Source of the DNA: Faecousia sp.
GTDB taxonomy: Bacteria > Bacillota > Clostridia > Oscillospirales > Oscillospiraceae
Direction: 5' to 3'
Length of the DNA: 64,000 bases
Assembly: GCA_045532855.1 (NCBI GenBank)
Contig: JAZSGS010000013.1
Location: 15,480 to 79,479 of the forward strand
The stretch's first letter is position 1; each line of letters opens with the position of its first letter. The notes beneath the pieces were generated by a model. It ran no database searches and was not told the DNA's origin. It saw only the letters and a program-made list of their open reading frames with translations. Positions 30,484-40,108 of the stretch are shown one piece after another. Made by a program: the position numbers and the translations under genes.

Positions 30484-30882
30484 TTATTTCGCTGTATCCA
30501 AACTCTTGCCAAAAACATAGTAACGCTGGTAGAGGTACTCCGTAACGAAATTCAGCGCCATAGAGATTGCCAGCACCAAATATTCATTCCAGCCTATGGC
30601 TTCCAGCGCTGCGCCGCCCCAGGTGGACAGCGGGGTAAACACCAGATAGAATGCCGCAACCTTCAGCATCGCAACGGGAATGTTGGCGGCAGAATGGAAG
30701 GTAACCTTGCGGTTCAGCGTGAAATTCCACAGCACGGAAAGCACCAGCGCCGTTAGATAGCAGACCCAGTAATTCCAGCGAAACACCTCGTTCATCAGGG
30801 TGAACGAACCAATTTGAATGATGCCGGCGCTGATGGAGAACAGGGTGAATTTGATCGCCCGGATCAGTTCCTTATTTTTCAT
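30484..30882 (-). CDS. GtrA family membrane protein
   Basis: Small hydrophobic protein with KF, NFTLNRKVTF. Confidence 0.8.
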   Translation of the reverse strand: MKNKELIRAIKFTLFSISAGIIQIGSFTLMNEVFRWNYWVCYLTALVLSVLWNFTLNRKVTFHSAANIPVAMLKVAAFYLVFTPLSTWGGAALEAIGWNEYLVLAISMALNFVTEYLYQRYYVFGKSLDTAK

Positions 30883-32026
30883 AGGAAAACTCCTTTGCCA
30901 ATTTTAGTAGACGCAGAGCCTGCTCCGCGGTGTCTGCCATATTGGGGTAGGCGTTTTCTACAGCCATAGCATATTCCAGAGTGCAAGCGCCTTTGACGAT
31001 GGGGAAGAATGCGTCAATGCCGTGGTGGTTGCACACGCCGGTTTCGGGGGTGGTGCAGCCGGAAAATGCAATGACCGGCTTATTGTATTTTTTGGCAATT
31101 CTTGCGATGCCGATGGGGGCTTTGCCCATAACGGTCTGGGCATCCAGCCGACCTTCGCCGGTAATCACCAGATCAGCGTCCCGAATAGCGCTTTCGATGG
31201 GCATTTCGCCCAGGATCAGATCAATACCGCTGTAGGGTTTGCCATTTAAGAACGAGAAAAAGGCAAAACCGATGCCACCTGCTGCGCCAGCGCCGGGCAT
31301 ATTTTTGTCGGAATTGGGGAAAACAGTCTTAACCGTGTCGGCATACCGATTCAGCCAGCCGTCCATTTTCTCGATCTGCGCAGGGGTTGCGCCCTTTTGC
31401 GGACCGTAAATGGCGCTGCAGCCAGATTTGCCGCAGAGGGGATTGGTAACATCGCAGGCGATGCGGAAGGTACATTCAGCAAGCTCCGGCAGGGCGTTTT
31501 CTGCGGTAATAGAGGCGATTTTCTCCAAACCTGCGCCGCCGAGGGCAACCTGCGCGCCGTTTTCGTCCAAAATGCCAAAGCCCAAAGCTTGCAGCATACC
31601 GATGCCGCCGTCGTTGGTGGCGCTGCCGCCGATACCGACGATGAAATCCCGGCAGCCCTTAGAGATGGCGTCAGCGATGACCTGTCCGACACCATAGGTG
31701 GTGGTGTTCATCGGGTTTCTCTCTTCAGCGGTCAGCAGCGTGATGCCTGCGGCGCAGGACATCTCGATAACTGCGGTCTGCCCCGGCAAAATGCCGTATT
31801 CGCAGGTGATGGGACGCCCTAAGGGATCAAGCGCATCAACGCTTTGGAGTGTTCCGTTTAATGCAGTGGTCAAGGCGATGACCGTACCCTCTCCGCCGTC
31901 GGCGATGGGGAAGATCTCGGTCTGCGCCTGGGGATATACACGGGAAATGCCCTCCGCAGCGGCAGAGCCTGCCTGCAAAGAGGTCAAACTACCCTTAAAA
32001 GAGTCGATTGCAATTACAATTTTCAT
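30872..32026 (-). CDS. Glycerate kinase (GlxK/GarK family)
   Basis: DSFKGSL, ADGGEGT, GGSATNDGG, YGPQKGA, TGEGRLD. Confidence 0.93.
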   Translation of the reverse strand: MKIVIAIDSFKGSLTSLQAGSAAAEGISRVYPQAQTEIFPIADGGEGTVIALTTALNGTLQSVDALDPLGRPITCEYGILPGQTAVIEMSCAAGITLLTAEERNPMNTTTYGVGQVIADAISKGCRDFIVGIGGSATNDGGIGMLQALGFGILDENGAQVALGGAGLEKIASITAENALPELAECTFRIACDVTNPLCGKSGCSAIYGPQKGATPAQIEKMDGWLNRYADTVKTVFPNSDKNMPGAGAAGGIGFAFFSFLNGKPYSGIDLILGEMPIESAIRDADLVITGEGRLDAQTVMGKAPIGIARIAKKYNKPVIAFSGCTTPETGVCNHHGIDAFFPIVKGACTLEYAMAVENAYPNMADTAEQALRLLKLAKEFSYEK

Positions 32027-32157
32027 AAAAACACCTCATTTTCAGAAGTATCGTGTAGAAAAAGTATACCAAATTTTGCAAACCTTGTAAAGGGATTCTT
32101 GTAATCTGTAGTAGCCGTGGTATAATAAGGGAAAATCTACCAAAGAGGCGAAAAACA

Positions 32158-32943
32158 ATGAAACTCATCGACATTCATACCCATATTTATCCCACCGCCA
32201 TTGCCCAAAAAGCGGCGGCCAGCATTCGGGATTTTTATGAGCTGGAAACCCGGGAAATGGACGGAACAGCGGCGACATTGCTGGAGCTGGGAACAAAAGC
32301 CGGCGTTGACCGGTTTGTGATCCTGCCGGTGGCAATGCGCCCCGACAGAACCCGGCATATCAACGACTTTATCCTGGAGCAGGTGGCGCAGCAGCCCCGT
32401 TTTATCGGCTTTGGCACGGTCCACGCCGGTATGGAGAACATTACCGACGAGGTGGAGTATATTTTGGCGCAAGGTCTGCGGGGCATTAAGATGCATCCGG
32501 ATTTTCAGACCTTTGGCATTGACGATCCCCGGCTGTTCCCGATGTATGAGGCGGTGTCCGGTAAGATTCCGGTGATGCTGCATATGGGCGACAAGCGGTA
32601 TGACTACTCTCACCCCCAGCGGCTGAAGCGGGTGCTGGAGTTGTTCCCCCGGCTGCAGGCCGTCGCAGCCCATTTCGGCGGCTACAGTATGTATGAAACT
32701 GCCTTTGAACTGCTTAGTAAGACGGACTGCGTGTTTGATGTGTCCAGCTCTCTGATGTTTATGGACGAGGGCGTGGCGGAAAAGTATATCCGCTCTTACG
32801 GCGTGGAGCGGATGGCATTCGGTACGGACTATCCGCTGTGGGATCCCATTGTGGAGACCAAGCGATTCCAGCAACTGAAGCTGACGGACGAAGAATTCGA
32901 CCAGATCGGGCATAAAACTGCGGAGCGGATCTTGAAATTGTAA
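32158..32943 (+). CDS. Amidohydrolase family 2 protein
   Basis: IDIHTH, GIKMHP, AHFGG, FGTDYP. Confidence 0.88.
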   Translation: MKLIDIHTHIYPTAIAQKAAASIRDFYELETREMDGTAATLLELGTKAGVDRFVILPVAMRPDRTRHINDFILEQVAQQPRFIGFGTVHAGMENITDEVEYILAQGLRGIKMHPDFQTFGIDDPRLFPMYEAVSGKIPVMLHMGDKRYDYSHPQRLKRVLELFPRLQAVAAHFGGYSMYETAFELLSKTDCVFDVSSSLMFMDEGVAEKYIRSYGVERMAFGTDYPLWDPIVETKRFQQLKLTDEEFDQIGHKTAERILKL

Positions 32944-32953
32944 ATACGCTAAT

Positions 32954-33065
32954 CTTGGCCCCCTCTTTGAGGGGGCTGTCTTTTTGCTTTGCAAAAAGAC
33001 TGGGGGAGTTAACTCCCTCCGGCTTCGCCGCAGACGAAGCCACCTCCCTCAGCGAGGGAGGCAAG
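32954..33065 (-). repeat. Repeat family A, copy 4
   Basis: CTTGGCCCCCTCTTTGAGGGGGCTGTC...CACCTCCCTCAGCGAGGGAGGCAAG. Confidence 0.9.
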
Positions 33066-33096
33066 AAAAGCTCCCTTCGTGAGAAGGGAGCTTTTT
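33066..33096 (-). terminator. Terminator of the ligase-vor-dehydrogenase operon
   Basis: AAAAGCTCCCTTC-GTGA-GAAGGGAGCTTTT, just past the dehydrogenase stop. Confidence 0.75.
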
Positions 33097-33106
33097 GTCT
33101 TATAAA

Positions 33107-34138
33107 TTAGCCGTAGATCAGGGACTCGGCGTAACGGGTGGCGATGACGCCCTCGGGCTCGCCGGTCTGCTTGGACTCGGACAGGATCCGCTCGATGGAG
33201 TTGTAGATGTTATCTACCTTCTCCAGAACGGCAGCCTCGTTATAAGGACCGTCTACCTCAGCTGCAGCATTGATAACGCCGCCGCCGTTGATAACGAAGT
33301 CGGGAGCGTAGTAGATGCCGCGAGCCTTCAGTGCCAGACCGGAAGCATCGTCCAGGATCTGGTTGTTAGCAGCACCGGCGACAGCCTTACACTTCAGCTG
33401 GGGAATGGTGGTGGGATTCAGGATAGCGCCCATAGCGTTGGGGGAGAAAATGTCGCACTCCTGGGAGAAGATAGCCTCGGTGGGAACGATGGTTGCACCG
33501 AACTCTTCAACAGCGCGATCAGCAGCAGCCTTATTGCTGCGGTTGGCGATGATCAGCTTTGCGCCGTCATTGTGCAGCAGACGGCACAGATCGTAGCCGA
33601 CCTTGCCCAGGCCCTGGACAGCGATGGTCAGACCTTCCAGGGAGTCCCGGCCCAGCGCAACCTTAGCGGTGGCCTTGATGCCCTGCCAGGTGCCGCGAGC
33701 GGTGAAGGGAGAGGGATCGCCGCTGTTCTGAGGCAGACCGCAGATGTAATTGGTCTTGCGCAGCATAACCAGCGCATCGTCGCAGTCGGTGTTCACATCC
33801 TCAGCGGTGATGTAGTCGCCGCCCAGGTTGTTAACAGCCTCGCCGAAGGCCTCGAACATAGCCTCGGTCTTCATAGAGGGGTCAGCGATGATGACGCCCT
33901 TGCCGCCGCCGTGGGGCAGACCGGCAACTGCGTTCTTGTGGGACATACCTCTGGATAGACGCAGAACATCAAACAGCGCGTCGTCAAAGGATGCGTAGGG
34001 GAACAGCCGGCAGCCGCCGATAGCGGGGCCCAGGTTGGTGTTGTGGACAGCGATGATAGCCTTCAGACCGGCCTTTTCATTGTTGACAAACAGCACTTTC
34101 TCGTGGCGGTATTTGCTCATTTCGGTCATTGCATTCAT
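33107..34138 (-). CDS. Leucine/valine dehydrogenase (Glu/Leu/Phe/Val dehydrogenase family)
   Basis: GPAIGGCR, LRLSRGMSHK, GGGKGVI, YITAEDV, SGDPSPFTA, QGLGKVG, GAANNQ, PDFVINGGG. Confidence 0.9.
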   Translation of the reverse strand: MNAMTEMSKYRHEKVLFVNNEKAGLKAIIAVHNTNLGPAIGGCRLFPYASFDDALFDVLRLSRGMSHKNAVAGLPHGGGKGVIIADPSMKTEAMFEAFGEAVNNLGGDYITAEDVNTDCDDALVMLRKTNYICGLPQNSGDPSPFTARGTWQGIKATAKVALGRDSLEGLTIAVQGLGKVGYDLCRLLHNDGAKLIIANRSNKAAADRAVEEFGATIVPTEAIFSQECDIFSPNAMGAILNPTTIPQLKCKAVAGAANNQILDDASGLALKARGIYYAPDFVINGGGVINAAAEVDGPYNEAAVLEKVDNIYNSIERILSESKQTGEPEGVIATRYAESLIYG

Positions 34139-34169
34139 AAAATTTTCCTCCTTAATTTTTGCAGATGGT

Positions 34170-34709
34170 TTACGCGGTGTATTGTTTGCCCAATGTGAGA
34201 GCCTTCATATTCAGCTCCACAAGGGCGGCTTTGGTGGGAGGCACCAGCTTTTCTACTACGGTGTCTGTGCCATCAAAGGAAAGCTCGGGATGATTCTGCA
34301 GCAGATGACCCATAATGATCATATTTGCCAGCGTGGGGATATGCTGCTCTCTTGCCATAGCGGTGGCGGGAATGTAGAACACCTCCACATCGGTACGTTC
34401 TACCTGGACACCGATCAGGGAAGAATCCACATAGATCTGTCCCCCGGGAACGACGGTATCCACATATTTCTGCAGGGACGGCAGATTCATCGCGATCAGC
34501 ACATCGGGGCTGGTTACGATGGGAGAGCCTACGGGCTGCTCGGATATGATCACATTGCAGTTTGCTGTGCCGCCACGCATTTCCGGGCCGTAGGAAGGCA
34601 GCCAGGAAACCTGCAGCTCTTCCATAAGTCCCTTATACGCCAGGAACTTGCCGGCGAAAAGAATGCCCTGTCCGCCGAAGCCGGCGATCAAAATTTGTGT
34701 CGTTTTCAT
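34170..34709 (-). CDS. 2-oxoacid:ferredoxin oxidoreductase gamma subunit
   Basis: [19 protein letters not shown]. Confidence 0.92.
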   Translation of the reverse strand: MKTTQILIAGFGGQGILFAGKFLAYKGLMEELQVSWLPSYGPEMRGGTANCNVIISEQPVGSPIVTSPDVLIAMNLPSLQKYVDTVVPGGQIYVDSSLIGVQVERTDVEVFYIPATAMAREQHIPTLANMIIMGHLLQNHPELSFDGTDTVVEKLVPPTKAALVELNMKALTLGKQYTA

Positions 34710-35464
34710 TTGGCATCCTCCTTTGCAGCGGAGCGATCCTTATAAACGCCGATGGGATAGTAGGGCAGCATATCGCTTTCCACCCATTCCAGCGCTTTCT
34801 GCGGTGTCATACCCCAGTTGGTGGGGCAGGCGGAAACCACCTCAACCAAACTGAAGCCCTTACCCTCGATCTGATTGGTGAAAGCCTTCTTGATCGCCTT
34901 CTTGGCGGCGTTGACGTTCTTCACATTGTTAACGGCAACACGGGCCAAATACTCGGGGCCCTCCAAGCTGGACAGCATTTCGCAGACCTTGATGGGCCAG
35001 CCGCAGTGATTGACATCACGGCCGTAGGGGCTGGTCTGGGTAACCTGACCGGGCAGGCTGGTGGGAGCCATCTGACCGCCGGTCATACCGTAAATGGCGT
35101 TGTTGACGAAGATAACGGTGATGTTTTCGTTTCTGGCAGCGGCGTGGACCGTTTCTGCCATACCGATGGAGGCCAGGTCGCCGTCGCCCTGATAGGTAAA
35201 GACCACATTCTCGGGACGGCAACGCTTGATGCCGGTGGCAACTGCAGGTGCGCGACCGTGAGGGGCTTCGATCATATCGCAGGCGAAATAATCGTATGCC
35301 ATAACGGCACAGCCAACGGGAGCGACACCGATAGCCTTGCCCTCGATGCCCAGTTCGTCCATAACCTCAGCCACCAACCGGTGGATGATGCCGTGGGGAC
35401 AGCCGGGACAGTAGTGGAAGGGGAGGTCGGTCAGGGAGTTCGGTTTCTTAAATACAACTGCCAT
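34706..35464 (-). CDS. 2-oxoacid:ferredoxin oxidoreductase beta (TPP-binding) subunit, Vor type
   Basis: [38 protein letters not shown]. Confidence 0.93.
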   Translation of the reverse strand: MAVVFKKPNSLTDLPFHYCPGCPHGIIHRLVAEVMDELGIEGKAIGVAPVGCAVMAYDYFACDMIEAPHGRAPAVATGIKRCRPENVVFTYQGDGDLASIGMAETVHAAARNENITVIFVNNAIYGMTGGQMAPTSLPGQVTQTSPYGRDVNHCGWPIKVCEMLSSLEGPEYLARVAVNNVKNVNAAKKAIKKAFTNQIEGKGFSLVEVVSACPTNWGMTPQKALEWVESDMLPYYPIGVYKDRSAAKEDAK

Positions 35465-35466
35465 GA

Positions 35467-36528
35467 TCAGAACACTCCTTTCTCAGCATTGCGAATGCTT
35501 TCCAGCACCTCGTCGGGGCTGGGTATCATACCGCCGCAGCGGTTGCACAGCCCCACAGGTCGTTTGCACTGGGTATACAGGCGGACATCCTCGATCATCT
35601 GACCCATACTCAGCTCCACGCTGATGAAACCCTTGACCTTGTCGGCAGCCTTCAGCAGGGCGTCCTTGGGGAAGGGCCACAGGGTAATGGGACGGATCAG
35701 ACCTACCTTAATGCCCTCCTGCCGGGCGGCAACGATGGCATTCTTGGCAACACGGGAAGCGATACCGAAGGCGACGACACAGATCTCGGCGTCCTCCATC
35801 ATATACTCTTCCCACATAGCTTCGGTTTCTTCGATAGCCTTGTACTTTTCGTACCGCTCGAAATTGGTCTTTTCCAGCGCCTCGGGCTTTAAGTACAGGG
35901 AGTTGACGATGTTATGCTTGCGCTCACAGTTAGTGCCGGTCAACGCCCAGGGTTTTTCGTAATTTTCGATCTCGGCATCTTCAAAAGAGATGGGCTCCAT
36001 CATCTGTCCGATGGTGCCGTCTGCCAGGATCATAGAGGTCATCCGGTATTTGTCTGCCAGGTTGAAGCCCTTAATGGTCAGGCTTGCCATTTCCTGTACA
36101 GAAGCAGGGGCAAGGACGATCATTCTGTAGTCGCCGTGTCCGCCGCCCTTGGTGGCCTGGAAATAGTCGGACTGAGGGGGCTGAATACCGCCCAAGCCGG
36201 GACCGCCACGCTGGACATTGACCACCAGCGCAGGTACATCAGAGCCGGCGATGTAGCTCAAGCCCTCAGCCTTCAGGGAGATTCCGGGGCTACTGGAGGA
36301 GGTCATAACACGCATACCGGCAGCGGCTGCGCCGTAGACCATATTGATGGAAGCGACTTCACTTTCTGCCTGCAGGAAAACGCCGCCGATCTTGGGCATT
36401 TTCTTCGCCATATAGGCAGCAATTTCTGTCTGGGGGGTGATGGGGTATCCGAAGTAATGGCGGCAGCCGGCACGGATGGCGGCTTCAGCGATGGCTTCGT
36501 TGCCCTTCATAAGAATTCTCTGCGCCAT
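35467..36528 (-). CDS. vorB: 2-oxoacid:ferredoxin oxidoreductase alpha subunit (3-methyl-2-oxobutanoate dehydrogenase VorB-type)
   Basis: [43 protein letters not shown]. Confidence 0.88.
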   Translation of the reverse strand: MAQRILMKGNEAIAEAAIRAGCRHYFGYPITPQTEIAAYMAKKMPKIGGVFLQAESEVASINMVYGAAAAGMRVMTSSSSPGISLKAEGLSYIAGSDVPALVVNVQRGGPGLGGIQPPQSDYFQATKGGGHGDYRMIVLAPASVQEMASLTIKGFNLADKYRMTSMILADGTIGQMMEPISFEDAEIENYEKPWALTGTNCERKHNIVNSLYLKPEALEKTNFERYEKYKAIEETEAMWEEYMMEDAEICVVAFGIASRVAKNAIVAARQEGIKVGLIRPITLWPFPKDALLKAADKVKGFISVELSMGQMIEDVRLYTQCKRPVGLCNRCGGMIPSPDEVLESIRNAEKGVF

Positions 36529-36538
36529 CTTTGCCTCC

Positions 36539-36745
36539 TTATTTCTCTCCGGTGATGATGCAGCCCGGGCACATAGTGGCGCAGAATGCACAGCCGATAC
36601 ATTTTTCCATATCGGTCATCACGGCAGGTGAATAGCCTTTGTTGTTGATCTGATCCTCGGCAATGACCAGAAGCTTCTTGGGGCAGGCGGATACACACAG
36701 ACCGCAGCCCTTGCAAAGGTCCGTATTGAATGTAACTTTTGCCAT
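36539..36745 (-). CDS. 2x[4Fe-4S] ferredoxin-like delta subunit
   Basis: CKGCGLCVSACP and CIGCAFCATMCP. Confidence 0.92.
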   Translation of the reverse strand: MAKVTFNTDLCKGCGLCVSACPKKLLVIAEDQINNKGYSPAVMTDMEKCIGCAFCATMCPGCIITGEK

Positions 36746-36779
36746 TTGGATTCCTCCTTTTGGTTATGCGATCAGGAGC

Positions 36780-37463
36780 TTACCGCTTCTGGTCGGGTAG
36801 ATCAAAGTATTTCTCCTGCAAATGCAGGGGGAAAACATTGGGGATATGATCGCTGACTTGGGTTGCAAGGTCAGCGCGAACAGTAGTCATATACAAATTC
36901 AGACCGGAAAGTTCTTTTAGCTTTTCTATATAGGGCACGCTGTCCAAAACCGTCTGTACATCGGTTAGCGGACCTAAATGGGAGTTGTTTACGATGTCCG
37001 TAAAGGCAAGACCGCAGGCATTTTCGATCTCCCGCATCACTTCCAACGCATCCTCCGGCGTTTGTGTCAGGGGACGGTAGCAGTTGGCAACGAAGATCAT
37101 TCGATAGTTGCCTTCCTTGCGGATAAAGGGGACGTACCGACCTAAGGCGTATGCGCCCCGGTCATCGCCGCCGATGTCCATCACGCCAAAGCTGCTGCGA
37201 TCCTCCACCAGCCGGTAGGCTTCTGCCGGCAGGGCAGGCAGGTCAACATTGGAGTTGGCAAACTGGGGGGAGATCAGCTCTACGCCGGCATTTTTCAGCT
37301 GAACAGCGCTGTCAGCGGTGCGAAAGTAGGGATTTACGATGTCCAGGTCTGCAATACAGACCTTTTTGCCCTCGCTTGCCAAATGCAGCGCATAATTTAC
37401 GGCAATATTGGTCTTGCCGCTGCCGTAATGGCCGGCAAACAAAGTAAGGCGTTTGTGGTTCAT
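36780..37463 (-). CDS. Uncharacterised P-loop NTPase in the vor operon
   Basis: GHYGSGKTN Walker A, DLDIVNPYFR, DIGGDDRG. Confidence 0.75.
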   Translation of the reverse strand: MNHKRLTLFAGHYGSGKTNIAVNYALHLASEGKKVCIADLDIVNPYFRTADSAVQLKNAGVELISPQFANSNVDLPALPAEAYRLVEDRSSFGVMDIGGDDRGAYALGRYVPFIRKEGNYRMIFVANCYRPLTQTPEDALEVMREIENACGLAFTDIVNNSHLGPLTDVQTVLDSVPYIEKLKELSGLNLYMTTVRADLATQVSDHIPNVFPLHLQEKYFDLPDQKR

Positions 37464-37466
37464 AAA

Positions 37467-39752
37467 TTACAACTGCTTTCTGATGATCTTGCCGCTGATG
37501 GTCTTGGGAAGGGATTCCTTGAATTCCACGATACGGGGGTATTTGTAGGGAGCGGTTCTGCTCTTGACATATTCCTGGATCTCCTTACGCAGCTCGTCGG
37601 TGCCTTCGGTGCCCTTTACCAGCACGATGCTGGCCTTGACCACCTGACCGCGAACCTCGTCGGGAGCGGCGGAAACGCCACATTCCAAAACATAGGGCAG
37701 CTCCATAATCACATTTTCGATCTCGAAAGGTCCGATCCGGTAGCCGGAGGACTTGATCACATCGTCTACACGGCCAACATACCAGAAGAAGCCGTCCTCA
37801 TCCTTCCACGCCAGATCACCGGTGTGGTAGAAGCCGTCCCGCCAGGTTTCTGCGGTGATCTCGTCGTTGCCCTCATAGCAATAGGCAAGACCGCAGGGCA
37901 GCCCCTTGGAAATATCGATACAGATCTCGCCGGTCTCACCGGACTCCACTTCATTGCCGTCGGCATTCAGCAGCTTAACATTATACAGCGGCACGGGCTT
38001 ACCCATAGCGCCGAATTTGTGGCTGTCGCCGGCCAGGTTGCCGATAATGAGGGTGCTTTCGGACTGACCGAAGCCCTCCATGATCTTCAGACCGGTGGAA
38101 AGCTCAAACTGACGGAACACCTCGGGATTCAGCGCTTCGCCGGCGGTGGATGCGTGCTGGATAGAGGAAAGATCATACTTGCTCAGATCCTGCTTGATCA
38201 GCATCCGGTACATAGTCGGCGGTGCGCAGAAGGTGGTGATGTTGTATTTTGCAAACATAGGCAGGATCTTCTCACCATCGAAGCGGTCAAAGTCGTAGAC
38301 GAAGATACCTGCTTCACACAGCCACTGACCGTAAAGCTTGCCCCAGGAGGACTTTGCCCAACCGGTGTCGGAAATGGTCAGGTGCAGACCGTCGGGGTTG
38401 ACACGGTGCCAGTATTTGGCGGTGATGAAATGTCCCAGAGGATACTTGTAGTTATGGGCAGTCAGCTTGGGATAGCCGGAGGTGCCGGAGGTGAAGAACA
38501 TCAGCATAGGATCGTTGCCGCAGGGGGCATCTTCTGCTCTTGCAAAGTGGGAGCTGAAGAGGGCGTATTCTTCGTTAAAGTCGTGCCAGCCTTCCCGGCT
38601 GCCGTTTACCAAGATCTTATGCTTCAGTCCCGGGCACTTTGCAGCGGCCTCGTCCACTGCGTCGGCGACATTGCCGTCGGCAGTGCAGAGGATGGCGCTG
38701 ACATTACCGGCCTGGAAGCGGTAAGTAAAGTCTTTTTCAAGGAGCTGGTTGGTGGCGGGAATTGCCACAGCGCCCAGTTTGTGCAGAGCCAGAATGGCAA
38801 ACCAGAACTGGTAGTGCCGCTTCAGCACCAGCATCACCCGGTCGCCCCGCTTGATGCCCAGGGACTTAAAGTAGTTTGCTGCTCTTGCAGATTCTTTCTT
38901 CATATCCTGGAAGGTGAAGCGCCGCTCGGTCATATCCTCGGAGATGTGGAGCATAGCCAGCTTTTCCGGCTTGCTGCGACCCAGCGCATCCACCACATCG
39001 AAGGCAAAGTTGAACTTATCCTGGTTCTGGAATGCGATCTGCTCCAGCTTGCCGTCCACCACCGTGGGGGTGATGAAATTGCGGTAGACCCGGGGCTTTT
39101 TGTCCGGAGTCAGGCTCTTGCCGGGGGTTGCCACGGCGGCAGCCTGCTCACCGTCCCGGGCTGCAGAATTGCTCAGAACAAAGGCATAGAATGCGCAGTC
39201 CTCGCCATCCACGGCGATCATACCGTGGGGCGTGGCAGAATCGTAGTAAATACAGTCGCCGGGGTGGAGGATCTCGGTCTTGCTGCCGATCTGGATCCGC
39301 ATCGTACCGGAAATGACGATGTCGCACTCCTGACCTTCGTGGGTAACCAGCTCGATGTCCTCGTATTCCGCGCCGTCCCGGTACTTCAGCTCCATATACA
39401 GGGGCAGACCGATACGGTTGCGGAAGCCGGCTGCCAGGTTGTAGCCGATCATATGGTGCGCTTCCTCGATACGCTGACCGTCGCCCTTGCGGGTGAGGGC
39501 ATAGCTGCGCAGCTTGGGGCTGCTGCCCTCCAGCAGGTCGCCCATATCCACGCCCAGACTCAAGGTGCAGCGGTACAGGAAAGCAATGCTTAAGTTGCGG
39601 TTGCCCGCTTCACATTGCAGATATTCTTCTACGGACACGCCGGTACGGGAAGCCATTTCCTCCGCTGTGAAGCCGTTGACTTCACGCAGCTCCTGGATAC
39701 GCTTGGCGACTTCCTGAATCTTAAAGTCCGTGCCGGTAAATTTCTGTTCCAT
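37467..39752 (-). CDS. XRE-HTH/cupin-acyl-CoA synthetase fusion (Val T-box controlled)
   Basis: N-terminal IQELR..G.T.EEMA HTH, THEGQE...PHGM cupin; AMP-binding FTSGTSGYPK, GFGQSE, YHTGD, PKTISGK. Confidence 0.9.
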   Translation of the reverse strand: MEQKFTGTDFKIQEVAKRIQELREVNGFTAEEMASRTGVSVEEYLQCEAGNRNLSIAFLYRCTLSLGVDMGDLLEGSSPKLRSYALTRKGDGQRIEEAHHMIGYNLAAGFRNRIGLPLYMELKYRDGAEYEDIELVTHEGQECDIVISGTMRIQIGSKTEILHPGDCIYYDSATPHGMIAVDGEDCAFYAFVLSNSAARDGEQAAAVATPGKSLTPDKKPRVYRNFITPTVVDGKLEQIAFQNQDKFNFAFDVVDALGRSKPEKLAMLHISEDMTERRFTFQDMKKESARAANYFKSLGIKRGDRVMLVLKRHYQFWFAILALHKLGAVAIPATNQLLEKDFTYRFQAGNVSAILCTADGNVADAVDEAAAKCPGLKHKILVNGSREGWHDFNEEYALFSSHFARAEDAPCGNDPMLMFFTSGTSGYPKLTAHNYKYPLGHFITAKYWHRVNPDGLHLTISDTGWAKSSWGKLYGQWLCEAGIFVYDFDRFDGEKILPMFAKYNITTFCAPPTMYRMLIKQDLSKYDLSSIQHASTAGEALNPEVFRQFELSTGLKIMEGFGQSESTLIIGNLAGDSHKFGAMGKPVPLYNVKLLNADGNEVESGETGEICIDISKGLPCGLAYCYEGNDEITAETWRDGFYHTGDLAWKDEDGFFWYVGRVDDVIKSSGYRIGPFEIENVIMELPYVLECGVSAAPDEVRGQVVKASIVLVKGTEGTDELRKEIQEYVKSRTAPYKYPRIVEFKESLPKTISGKIIRKQL

Positions 39753-39777
39753 TAGTGAAACCTCCAAGATTGAGACA

Positions 39778-40056
39778 AAAAAGCAAAACAGCCCGTCTCA
39801 AAGATAGATTCCTTGAGACGAGCTGCGAATCACAACCCGCGGTACCACTCAAATTGCACCTGCCTTGGGGGCAGATACCACTCATTGGGTGCCAACACAC
39901 CCTAAGCACTGACGCAGCTGACACGGGGAGGCTCTACTTGCGTTCGCGTTCTTCCTCCCAGCTCAGGAGGGACAAGCAATCATTCCCGCCATGGCTTGCA
40001 CCGACCGCCATTTCTCTGCAGGCGCAGGATTTGAAAGCTTTTCTCCATCATAGCCT
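39778..40056 (-). ncRNA. T-box riboswitch, Val (GUC) specifier
   Basis: Minus strand: GCTATGA GA-motif, AGAGA, GGTGCAA, GTC-C-CTCC-T-GAGC (codon 39971-39973), TTGAGTGGTACCGCG, terminator CGTCTCAA...TTGAGACG plus U tract. Confidence 0.9.
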
Positions 40057-40067
40057 TTATGTATGGA

Positions 40068-40096
40068 ATCATACCATTGCTGTCTTAATTTGTCAA
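40068..40096 (-). promoter_or_regulatory. Sigma-A promoter for the Val T-box leader
   Basis: TTGACA-17 bp-TATGAT with extended TG. Confidence 0.75.
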
Positions 40097-40108
40097 TAAA
40101 TTTGTGGA

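Noticed and set aside
33107-37463. Reading the dehydrogenase-vor genes as purely catabolic (Stickland oxidative branch)
   Set aside because: Disfavoured, not excluded: they follow a starvation-activated T-box and are paired with AMP-forming ligases that consume rather than yield ATP
39968-39978. Alternative Leu (UUG/CUU) or Cys reading of the Val specifier loop
   Set aside because: The register set by the ileS and trpB controls gives GUC, and the upstream GCTT can pair with AAGC in stem I
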